From contig NC_042997.1 in the NCBI RefSeq assembly GCF_006345805.1, positions 151,218,001 to 151,282,000 of the forward strand: 64,000 nucleotides of DNA. Direction: 5' to 3'. This document shows positions 52,312-64,000 of the stretch, in pieces. The notes under the pieces were generated by a model that saw only the letters and a list, made by a program, of their open reading frames with translations, was not told the origin of the DNA and did not search any database. Position numbers and translations under genes: made by a program. Position 1 is the stretch's first letter. The number at the start of each line of letters is the position of its first letter. The DNA comes from Octopus sinensis (lineage: Eukaryota).

Positions 52312-52505
52312 GAAAGCGGTGAGCTGGAAAAATCGTTGGTACGCCAAGTAACTTGCTGAGCGGTATGTGGTCCGTCTTTACGTTCTGAGCCCAAATTCTA
52401 CCAAAGTCACCGTTGACTTTCATCATTTCAGGGTCGATATAATATGTACCAATGTTCATGGGACTCGGTGTAATCGACTTAAATCCTCCCCTGAACTTGC
52501 TGAAG
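52312..52505 (+). mobile_element. tRNA-derived SINE (main family), diverged
   Basis: gcggtgagctgg head; gtccgtctttacgttctgagcccaaattct; tcagggtcgat. Confidence 0.85.
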
Positions 52506-52914
52506 TCAATATTAATTTATTTCTTCTGACTGTTGTATCTCACTCTCTCCAACGTTATCATTTTAGCGTATGAAGACGGATTCTTTTCGAATAAAACACT
52601 ATCACTTCATCAATTCAATGGACATTCCAGTTAGACATTTCATCTTCAAATTTCTTCCTGTAAGAAGACAAATCTAGATGTTTACAGTTCGGCACACTAC
52701 AGATATTTTTCGTCTCTGTATAATGTTTTGAACTGTACATACATACAAACATATCTGCGCTTGTGTGTTTGTGTTTTCTGTATACATGTTTGTATGTGTG
52801 TGAGTGTATGTGTGTGCGTTTGTTTGAGTCTATGACTGTGTGTGCGTTTGTTTGAGTCTATGATTGTGTGTGTGTATGTGTGTGTGATTCTGTGTGTGTG
52901 TATGTGTGTGTGTG

Positions 52915-53861
52915 CGTGTGTGTGTGTGTGTGAGTGTATGTAAAGTCTTTACATTTATGTGACCTTTCACTCCACTCTGTTTTGCTATTATCTCTTGTGG
53001 TTGAACTGATTTTATTCAATGAAGAATATATATAATTCTATATTTAGTATTGTATTTATAATTGTAAAATGTAATTTACGTTGTTTGGCTCAAAAGGTTT
53101 TCTTTAAGCTTTGTTTACTGACTCCATCCGGTATCACTTCCTTCTGACTGGTCGCCTACACAGTTTAAACATTTCGATAATATACCTGACACACTTCACA
53201 AATCCTGCAGAACGAGACGCAAGTCTATACAAATCATTCACCGAAGCATTGGGTAACTTCAAGTATTGAAAACTGTATATAAAATCGAAACTACAGGATT
53301 TGGGGTTAAATTTTACACACAGGCGCGAGCTCTCTCACACACACACACGCATGGACATATATATATATATTTGAATGTGTGTGTGTGTGTGTTGTGTGTG
53401 TGCGTGTGTGTGTGTGTGTGAGTGTATGTAAAGTCTTTACATTTATGTGACCTTTCACTCCACTCTGTTTTGCTATTATCTCTGTGGTTGAACTGATTTT
53501 ATTCAATGAAGAATATATATAATTCTATATTTAGTATTGTATTTATAATTGTAAAATGTAATTTACGTTGTTTGGCTCAAAAGGTTTTCTTTAAGCTTTG
53601 TTTACTGACTCCATCCGGTATCACTTCCTTCTGACTGGTCGCCTACACAGTTTAAACATTTCGATAATATACCTGACACACTTCACAAATCCTGCAGAAC
53701 GAGACGCAAGTCTATACAAATCATTCACCGAAGCATTGGGTAACTTCAAGTATTGAAAACTGTATATAAAATCGAAACTACAGGATTTGGGGTTAAATTT
53801 TACACACAGGCGCGAGCTCTCTCACACACACACACGCATGGACATATATATATATATTTGA

Positions 53862-53895
<34 letters not shown>
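52915..53895. repeat. Near-perfect tandem duplication (period 488 bp) bounded by (TG)n
   Basis: gagtgtatgtaaagtctttacatt at 52932 and 53420, with identity running through both units. Confidence 0.97.
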
Positions 53896-53899
<4 letters not shown>

Positions 53900-54354
53900 A
53901 TGAAAAGAGCAATATCAATCTATATCCAGCATTGAATATTGATTTGAGGTTTGGCAGTTAGTGATTATGTTATGCAAAGCAAGGAGAGTATAACCATCCA
54001 TATATACAAAGACAAACATAAAACTACGCTCACACACGCATATATATGCCTGTGTATATGTGTGTATGTATGTATGTATGTATGTATGTATTTATGTATG
54101 TATGTATGTGTGTATGTGTGTGTGTATGAGTATGTTTTGAGGTGTGCGTGCCTGCGCACGTCTCTGCATGCGTGTCTATGTCTAGCTTTATCTTTAGAAT
54201 ATATAGTATATCTATACATAGATTTATAATAAACATCTATTTATTTCTGTATCCAACTACATATATGCACTATGTGTGTGAATGTTTGTGAGCTTATTGT
54301 TATATAAACGTAGATTTTATTTTCATAATATAACAATAAAACACACGCATTTAC

Positions 54355-54625
<271 letters not shown>

Positions 54626-55046
54626 TTTTATTTGTAGATTGCATTGTTATGTTCAGAATTTCTCTCATATATACAGTAGCGCCCCCTCTTTTTTTAGTGT
54701 CAATTTCAAGATTACGATGTTAGTTTACTGCAGCTTGATAATGCTCAATGGGTTAAGTTTAACGATTTAACGAGCAAACTCATGCCAGTTACACGAACAA
54801 AGTTTTCATGCATAATTTATTTATATTTTCCTCTTACTAGTAGAACAAGTAGAATGAAAATATCTAGATTACATATATAATGGCCCTCCAATATATGCTA
54901 CACTGGCAACAATTTTATAGCCACTTGCACAGCAAGAAAGGAAATAGGCAAATACATGTATAAACAGATACGCATGCTCACAGACACACACATATTTTTA
55001 TGTCCGTTTATATACATGTGTTTTCTTGTGCGTTTATTATATATAG

Positions 55047-55081
<35 letters not shown>

Positions 55082-55153
55082 TGTATGTATGTATGTATGT
55101 ATGTATGTATGTATGTATGCATGCATGCATATATATAATATATATATGTATTG

Positions 55154-55202
<49 letters not shown>

Positions 55203-55294
55203 TAGATGTATTGATATGTATATATATATATTATATATATATATATGTAAAAGGATAAATAATTTTAACCATTATCGATAGCGTTTATATGGAG

Positions 55295-55331
<37 letters not shown>

Positions 55332-55479
55332 GTTAGTATATTTTGTTATTTCATTCTTCTTTCTCTTACCGTTTATTTTATTCCACTTTTTGTTCTTCGA
55401 AACATTATTCTCGTATCTCATTTTAAATTTAATCATTGCAATTTATTTATCTATTCATTTATTTATATATATTTATCTT

Positions 55480-55564
<85 letters not shown>

Positions 55565-55625
55565 ACTACTACTACTACTACTACTACTGCTGTTGCTACT
55601 ACTACTACTACTATTACTACTACTA
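55480..55625. repeat. (ACT)n/(GCT)n compound triplet repeat
   Basis: Direct reading. Confidence 0.95.
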
Positions 55626-56214
55626 TTTTTATTATTTATTATCGTTATTATTAGTATAATTTCTATTTTTATTATTGTGATTATTATTATTATCACATTT
55701 ACAAGATTGCATTTCTCTTGCTTATATCAGTCAAGCGATGATGTTGAATTGACTCGCTGCAGCTTAGGCAAAAGATGAAAAAAAACTAAAATAAAGTCAT
55801 GATCAATGAAATTTTGATTTCAAATCTTGCTGCGGTCAGTTTTGTTGGTATCGTCTTGAGCCTTATAGCATAAAACATCTGTCAAATAAAACTGTCGATT
55901 CTATTGCCTGCTACCCATTCACACTCTGGTGGCCACGTCGTTAACATACAAATATAAATACATCCATTCATACATGCATACATAAAGACCCACTCACACA
56001 TACACACGCGCACACACATATACATACATATATACATATATGAATATATATGTTAAACAGTGTGTGTGTCTGTTCAATGGTTGTATGTGTGATAACGCTA
56101 TTAAACATTGTGTATGGGTGTGTGGATGTGGTGTGTGGTGTGGGTGCTGGGAAGTGGTCAGCGCTAGTGTGTGTGGAGTGGCGTGAGGTGGTATCAAATC
56201 AAGAGAGTAGTTAA

Positions 56215-57095
56215 CAGAGTTGTTAGATGACGAGAGATGAGTTGAACACTTGTGGGACAAAGGAGTGAAGAGGGAAGATTAATTCCTTTTCACGGTAGGG
56301 CGGGAGTCTGGATGACCCATGTGCAAATACAGTCCAAATACAGACAGATGTTGCAGCGGATGACCGGCAGAGCGGGTGTCATTGCCGAGTCTGATGGTTC
56401 GAAGGTGCTCTGCGGACCGATCAGCCTAACGACGTCCCGTTTGGCCGGTGTACAGGGAAGGACAGAGAGAGCAGGAGCTGCAGTAAATGACGTTACTAGA
56501 AATGCAAGTAAAGGAGTCGGTGATGTGATAGGGACGATGATGGGTTCCTGTGAGGATAGTGGTGTTGGAGAGGTAGGGGCAGGTGCGACATCGTGAGTGG
56601 GAGCAAGGAAACGAATCAGGCTGTGAGCTGGGGTTAGAGAAGAAACTGTGGACCAGGTTGTCACGCAGGTTATGGGCTCGTTCGAAAGAAGGAAAGGATA
56701 GGTTGGGGAAGATGTGCGAGGTGGAGGGGTCGGACAGGAATCACCGGAAAGCTCGAAGAATGGTATGTTGGAGGGGCAGGGTGCAGGAGTGGTTGGTGAG
56801 GGGAAACGGGAGAGAGGCAACGGTGAGGCGGATGCGGAGAAAGAGCAGTCACCGTCCACGGATCGTGCCCTGGAAAGATCAGTGTCGATAGTGGTGTGGG
56901 GATATCCACGTAGGAAGAAGTGATGAGCCGCGAGTTGAGACAGTCTCAAAGTCATGGTTGTCACTGCAGAGCCTGCGCAAACGGAAGAATTGGGAGTAGG
57001 GGATGGAGAGCTTGCTGTGCGTAGGGTGGGAGAAGGAGAAGTTAAGGTAGGAGTGTGAGTCTGTGTGATTGTAGTGGATGGAGGTAATGAGAGCG
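56215..57095 (-). mobile_element. Penelope-like element (Neptune-type) 3' ORF fragment: RT thumb plus GIY-YIG
   Basis: TDSHSYLNFS.SHP.HSKLSIPYSQFFRLRRLCSD; RGYP..TI...LSRARS; FERAHNLRDNLVHS; CSLCPSLYTGQTGRR..DRSAEHLRTIR, with frameshifts. Confidence 0.85.
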
Positions 57096-57234
57096 GATTG
57101 GTGTATTATATATGGCGCTTGACAATACCATTTTTTCTCAGTTTTCCACCTTGTTATAGACCTTGTTTCTTTCCTACAGAGTTAAAAATAACTATTTTGT
57201 TCGAATCCCCTTAAAGTTCATTAGCTAGATTTTG

Positions 57235-57640
57235 ATCGAACGTTCTTAAAATTCATTACCTCAATTACTGTTTTACAATTCGTGACACAATTCTTTTCTC
57301 TTTCTTTCACCTTCTCTTAAACTTTCCTAGAGTTAAATATCTTCCGATTCTCTCTTTAAACATTCTTAAAACGTCTTTAAAATTCATTACCTCAATTTCT
57401 TTTTTGCAGTTAGCGACACCACACTTCCTCTTTCTTTATTTCTGTCTTTCACATTTTCTTAAACTTTCCTAGATTTAAACATTTTCCCATTCTCTCCTTA
57501 AACATTCATAAAACGTCCTTAAAACTCTTTACCTCGATTTCTGTTTTGCAATTAGCGTTACCACTCTTCTTCTTTCTCCTTTTCTTTCTCCTTCTCTTAA
57601 ACTCTGCAAGAGTTAAATATTTCTCAATTCTCTTCTTAAG
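57235..57640. repeat. Diverged ~131-142-bp minisatellite (about 3 copies)
   Basis: aacgt(t/c)(c/t)ttaaaa(t/c)tc(a/t)ttacctc at ~57239, 57370 and 57512. cttaaact(t/c)t recurs in register. Confidence 0.85.
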
Positions 57641-57679
57641 TATTCTGTCTCTCTCTGACTCTGTCTGTCTGTCTGTCTT

Positions 57680-57712
<33 letters not shown>

Positions 57713-57729
57713 ATGTCTCTCTCTCTCTT

Positions 57730-57790
<61 letters not shown>

Positions 57791-58267
57791 ATGTTATATA
57801 TTTCGATTTCCTATTTATATGTGTGTAACCACTATCAAACTCTTTTATTTTCTTTCATTAAAGTTTCTCTTTCTCTTTCTGAGTGCACAACATCACTTTT
57901 CTCTCTATTTACCTTTCTTCCCCTCTGTCTGAACGTCCGTAAAAGTGCACGCTGTTTCGTGTCTCTTACATTCTCTCTTTAAACATTTTCTCTCTCGTTC
58001 TCTCTCGACGTTCCTAAAGTTATATTACGATTTTAACCTATATAATGTACACTATTTTAGAGTCATCTTAGCATTTTACGATACCTTTCTCTCTCTTTCT
58101 CCGACCTTATTATACACCACTTTATTTCTGCCCTACACATAATGACACCTCTTGTTTCAGTCTCCTTATCTCATATTCCATCTCTCATTGAACTTTCCTT
58201 TCTTTATCCCTTCGACACAAACTACCGCAAAATCCCTATTACTCTCTCTCTCTATTTCTCACCCTTA

Positions 58268-59490
58268 TTCTATTAAAAAAAATAAACAGATGGACACCAA
58301 CAACCGCAAATTCGTACAGAGTCAGATTGATGCAAACAAAATACAAAAGATGCGTCGAAATTGGCGGTTCGAGGATTTCCGTCTCTTTATTCAAAGTTGG
58401 GGCATGAGCGAGAGTTCTTCGTCCAATCACCTAATACTGGCGGCCTAGAAGAATTATGGTTTCTACAGGTCCATGGCACAGATCGTTCGAAAGAAACAAG
58501 ATTTCATCCACTTCTATGCTCTTGTCAATCCACATATCAGCCTTCTAGAAAACATAATGAAGGAGACAGGAGTACTCAAAGACGACCCTGCATATCTGAA
58601 ATCCAATGACGGACATACAGACAGTATTATCAAAAAAACAAACTGCGAACATAACTTACCCCCAAAATAGCACTGAAAAAGAATTTGCGAACAGCACTGG
58701 CCCTCAAAAGAACACTGACAGCAGCGACGGCTGCAACCAGAACAGTCAAAGCTGGACTGTGGTGATAAACTGAGGCTGACAAAAAACTGACGCAGCCAGG
58801 AAATTTGATGCCCTGATGTTCAAAGGTAACAGGAAGGACAAGAAAAAAGACAAAAACCTAAAACGCCAAACGGAAAAAACGAAGAAGCATAAAGATAGAA
58901 ACTTTACAAGTTGTATGTAAATTTTACTTATATGGCATCTGCTGGCATGGAGAAACAGGAGGCCCATCCCAAAACTTATCGGAACAAGCAGGGACCCCTG
59001 ATACAAAACCATCAAAAAACATAGAGGGAAATCATCAAGCATAGTTCTGCAGAGTAATAATGCACCAAATGGAAGAAACATGTCTCAAAAGAGTAGGAAA
59101 AGCAATCTATGCATGCATTCTGCATCCCTCAAAAGGCAATATGCAGAGGCTGTACGAGCTTATATTAACATGGCCCAGAGGATTGTATAGCAAGTGACAT
59201 GGATGCACAGTATGCAAACTCAAAGCAATAGATTCCAATGCACAAAAATTGCATCTAGCCCCTGATGTAACAGATGCGGAAGTGCACATACCAGGGTATA
59301 CTGTATTTTGTACAGACAGAAGAGAAAGAAGCCGCGGTGGAGTAGCTATTTAAATCCGTGGAGATGTCACACCGCTTGTACTACTGTCACATTAAAACTC
59401 AGTTTGCGACACCTTAATAACACATAGAAAGCAAGTTGATGTAGCTGTATGCAGAATATAACGTCCACCGAATATCACAACACTTTGTTG
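58268..59490 (+). mobile_element. CR1/L2-type LINE 5' remnant (ORF1 pieces plus start of AP endonuclease)
   Basis: HLAPDVTDAEVHIPGYTVFCTDRRERSRGGVAI and RI*RPP (YRPP) are AP endonuclease motifs. An upstream C.....GICWHG CCCH-like motif suggests ORF1. Confidence 0.7.
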
Positions 59491-59644
59491 GATTGTTCAT
59501 ACACACTCAATAGTGTAACAAGTACCTCGTTGACAATGGCAACCTCATTGATATCAGGCAATCAGTAACTCAACATAGAAGATTTCGATTTAGAAACTTA
59601 AATATTTTAGGGAAAGATACTACAACAGACTCCTGCTTACTCAC

Positions 59645-59765
59645 TTTGCTCTTCCATTCGAGGAAAAGATCAGCCTATTCAGAAAGACTTGCTTCAGCTT
59701 CAACACCTTTGCAACAAGTGCTGATCTCTTTTTGAGACGTTTGTACGGGATTGATATTCTCATGG
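59645..59765 (-). CDS. Candidate internal exon (MRISIPYKRLKKRSALVAKVLKLKQVFLNRLIFSSNGRA)
   Basis: Acceptor catttgatttttaacatag and donor AAA/gtgagt bound a 121-nt segment with exactly one open frame. Confidence 0.3.
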
Positions 59766-59996
59766 CTATGTTAAAAATCAAATGATGTCCGAACTTGTAT
59801 CTTTTTAGATCGATTCTTTACAAAGATCAATCTCAAACTACAAAGAGCGTATTGATTAGCCGTAAACGGACGAGTAATCTACGGCATTCGATGAAAATGA
59901 AGTCACATGTGTTACATCAGACTTAGTCTTTTTCATAGAGAGATACAAATATACATATACGCATATATATAAGTACACGCGCATACAGATACATAG

Positions 59997-60075
<79 letters not shown>

Positions 60076-60104
60076 TACACACACGCACATATTTATATCA
60101 AATG

Positions 60105-60135
<31 letters not shown>

Positions 60136-61386
60136 TAGATAGATGGAGAGAAAAGAGCATGGACTTCATAGATGATCTGGAATAATTGACTTATAACTAT
60201 GTGAGAACTTAATTAATGTTTATCGACATTTGTGATAATATAATTTCCTTATCATGTGTATATTTACTGAGTAATATCCGAGTTGTCAGAATTGATACAG
60301 AAATCGATTATTCGATTTTATTAAATGCCTTTTATTACATATTTTCGGTCTTTGCCTATTAATAATTGATTAAAATTGATATTACATTGATGTCAAATAT
60401 TTCCATAAAAGGGATATTAAAAGCATGTGTGGGGTTCTTAAGAAACAGCTCTGTTACACGTCCGTCTAAAACTAAGTATTTTTGTCAAAGTTCATAGCAT
60501 TCCCTCTCGCTTTATCTCACTGAGAAAACTGGACATTTCTTAACGTTTGGATTCAGTTTAATTTCTATCGGGAGTCAGTCAAACTTTTTCTCTGTGAAAT
60601 AAATGATTTTCCTGTTTTTACTGAGAGATTTACAAGTAAGTTGTACATTTTCATTATCAATTTAAACTCTAGATCGGCCCTGTTCGAGTTTTACAAGGAT
60701 TAACAACATTCTAACTATGAGTATTCTGTCATTTTCAGATACAATCTACCAAAAGTTAGAACATCAACGTTTTTTATTGTGAGATGTGATACGAAAGGGG
60801 GTTCTTTTACTTCTACTTCTAGCAGTTTATGAAGACATAACATGTTTTTCTCTTAGCTATGCAAACGCTCTAGTGTTTTGGGGGAGTGGATGAATGATAA
60901 ACTATCGTTGACCTTTTCTACAGGTTCTCATTCTGTATGCCACATATCATTCTTTTGCTCCCTAAACAAATAACTGAAAAGATAGAATCATTCCTTTTCC
61001 TCCAAACTGAATTTCATTCTACACATTAGACAAGCAGAAACATATCGATAGTTTTGCAACTTCACACATAGACACACGCAACGTCTCACACACAAATGCA
61101 TATAGGTGTTTAGATATATGCAATGTGTGTGCGTGTTGTGGTGTATCTATGTTGTGTGCGTGTCTATGCGTGCGTGTGTGTGTACAGAATCTTTGAAGTG
61201 AGGATTATCAAGAAGGAGGCAGTCAGAATTTTGGATAACACTTTATAAATGGTTTCGTCTCTTCAATCGAAATTTACAACATATGAAAAGTTGAATTGAA
61301 AGGATGAAAGAAAATAAAGTAATATACAAAATTCTGACTGCTTCCTTCTTGATATATATTTGAATATATATATATATATATATATA

Positions 61387-61492
<106 letters not shown>

Positions 61493-61616
61493 CATATATA
61501 TGTACGAATGTGTGGACAATCGAAAAAAGGCCCTCAGCACATTTATTGATCCATATTTGGAAGTCAGATTACCAAGGTTTGACGTGCTAATTAGTATATA
61601 TATATGTACATACATA

Positions 61617-62905
61617 CAGGGGTTGGACAAAATAATGGAAACACCTTGAAATTTCAAACGAATCTATTCTCATATGGGGTAGGACCGCATTTGACAGCAA
61701 TTACAGCTTGAATTCTACGAGGTATGATTTCGTGCAAAGTTGGAATTGTTTTCAAGGTAATTTTTCTCCATTCTTCAGCTAAACAATCTCCAGCTCTTGT
61801 AGCGATGATGGTGAAGGATAACGACGCCTTATTTATGTTTCTAAAATGCACCATAAATGTTCTATGATATTCAGATCTGGGGACTATGGTGGCCAGATAA
61901 TATGTTCAACTTCCCTAGAACGTTCCTCGTGCCATTCGGTAACATATTTAGCAGTGTGAATTGATGCATTATCATCCTGAAAGATTGCATTTCCCACCGG
62001 AAACAGTTCCGCAACCATAGGATGAATTTGATCAGATAAAATGCTTAAATTGTCTTGACTATTAATCTGCCATGAAGGGAAACCATTGGGCCGGAGGTTT
62101 TCCAAGATATAGCCCCCCCCCCCGATCATCACAGATCCTCCTCCATGTTTAACAGTTGGAAGAAGACAGCCTAGGTCAAATGCGTCTTTTGGCTGTCTCG
62201 ACATGTAAACTCGGCCGGTGGTTGGAAATGAGATAAAGGATGACTCATCCGAGAAAATAACATTCTTCCACTGCTCTAGGGACCAATTCTGTATGTTTTT
62301 ACTCCATTCTAAATGCATGCAAATTTGTTTTTGAAAGTAGTGGTTTTCTGATTGCAGCCCACCTGTGAAATTCGGGTTTGTGCAGCTCCCGGCGATAACC
62401 CAGCTCACCTGGTTTACCCAGTTTTTTTTGGGGGGGGGGGAATCTGGGTTATCTTGGTGGCCATTAAGCTCTGCAGTAATTTTGGGAGCTGAACCTTTGT
62501 GATTCTTTCACATAATTCGCGTAAGATTCCGACAGTCCCTCTCTGAAAATTTTGGTTTTCTTCCGGAGATTTGTTTCGACGAGGAGGATTTTCCTTCTTT
62601 CTCAATGTCTGTCACTACTTTCGAGAGATTACTTCTTGATACACCAAACTTTTCGGCTGTTTTCGTTACGCTGGCTCCTGCCATACGAGCACAAACAACT
62701 TGACCTCTTTGAACGTCCAATAGCTCTATCATTTTAATGAATTTGAATTACCTATTTCTGATGATATCTGAAAAGAAACAGCAATTTTAGCAAAACATAT
62801 AAAGCAACACTAATAATAAATAAAAAACATGAAAATAAACAAGCTTTTGACGGTTTTATAGATATTTCAAAATTATGATGCTATGATGCTAGGTGTTTCC
62901 ATTAT
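61617..62905 (-). mobile_element. Tc1-like (DD34E) transposon, nearly full length, frameshifted
   Basis: HTH (QRGQVVCARMAGASVTKTAEKFGVSR..SGRKPK), VIFSDESSF, TVKHGGGSVM, FQDDNASIH, WPP/SPDLNIIEHLW, IPRRIQAVI. TIR caggggttggacaaaataatggaaacacct after TA, and a partial right TIR aggtgtttccattat. Confidence 0.93.
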
Positions 62906-62912
62906 ATATATA

Positions 62913-63074
62913 TTAGCAAATCCAGCCTAATTTAGATGCACTGTTTATCACGCCGTAGAATGCCAGTGAACGTTCGTCGCGAATAAGCATTTCGTGTAGA
63001 GGACCAATACTAAGAGGTATCGAAATCTCATCGTTTGACGTAATTTCTACAGCACCGATAGAAAACACGACCGT
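62913..63074 (-). CDS. Candidate exon ([42 protein letters not shown]...)
   Basis: 53-codon non-repetitive frame right after the acceptor-like tatctatcatttcag. No homologue recognised. Confidence 0.2.
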   Translation of the reverse strand, partial: TVVFSIGAVEITSNDEISIPLSIGPLHEMLIRDERSLAFYGVINSASKLGWIC

Positions 63075-63081
63075 CTGAAAT

Positions 63082-63630
<549 letters not shown>

Positions 63631-63908
63631 TAGTCTTGCCGTTTGTTGTTTTCTCTATATAGTCAATAGAGAAAATAAGATTAGCTTTGTCTGTTGTGGC
63701 ACTATAACTTCCTGAAATTTTTATGTATAAATTAAACAATTTAAGTCATCAGTTTTGTGTGTATCAAGTCTTTGTGGAATCTAGTCTACTCTTGCGAAAT
63801 TTGCATAATTCACCTTTGCGACAGTATATATCACATTAGAAAATTTATCATCAGGTTTACCTAATGCTGACTCTGTATAGATAGGACATACTTCTTTTTA
63901 GAGTTATA

Positions 63909-64000
63909 TCTATTATATAAAATCTGTTCTGTCTGTGTGTGTGTGTGTATCTTCTAGGATCTCAGGCATCCTCCATCCGATTGCGCTCAAATTTGATATG
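63909..64000 (+). mobile_element. Possible 5' end of a non-autonomous Helitron
   Basis: A|TCTATTATATAAAA start, a following gtctgt/gt microsatellite and ccgattgcgctcaaattt, as in many animal non-autonomous Helitron 5' ends. Runs off the window. Confidence 0.4.

Overview
This is eukaryotic, AT-rich, microsatellite-saturated DNA. The SINE families and repeat landscape look like an octopod cephalopod (Octopus-like) genome, an inference from recognised motifs and not from a database search. There are no rRNA, true tRNA, CRISPR or prokaryotic features, and most ORFs in the supplied track are artefacts of simple repeats. The window is mainly an intron/intergenic transposon graveyard. It holds many tRNA-derived SINEs (one as a 5-unit concatemer), several R4/Dong-type RLE retrotransposon pieces that always sit in (TAA)n, and a HERO-like RLE 3' end. 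It also holds Tx1/L1, RTE and CR1-type LINE fragments, at least three Penelope-like families carrying hammerhead-ribozyme motifs, and Tc1, mariner, Chapaev3-like and Helitron-like DNA transposon remnants. I could not identify a host gene with confidence; a few isolated candidate exons and a degenerate F-type-lectin-like stretch are reported at low confidence. The most unusual structures are a near-identical 544-bp x 4.55 head-to-tail array with subterminal inverted repeats embedded in (TA)n, a stack of TAA-targeted retroelements with an unexplained 557-bp non-coding partner, the ribozyme-like motifs, and a duplicated hairpin showing compensatory base changes.
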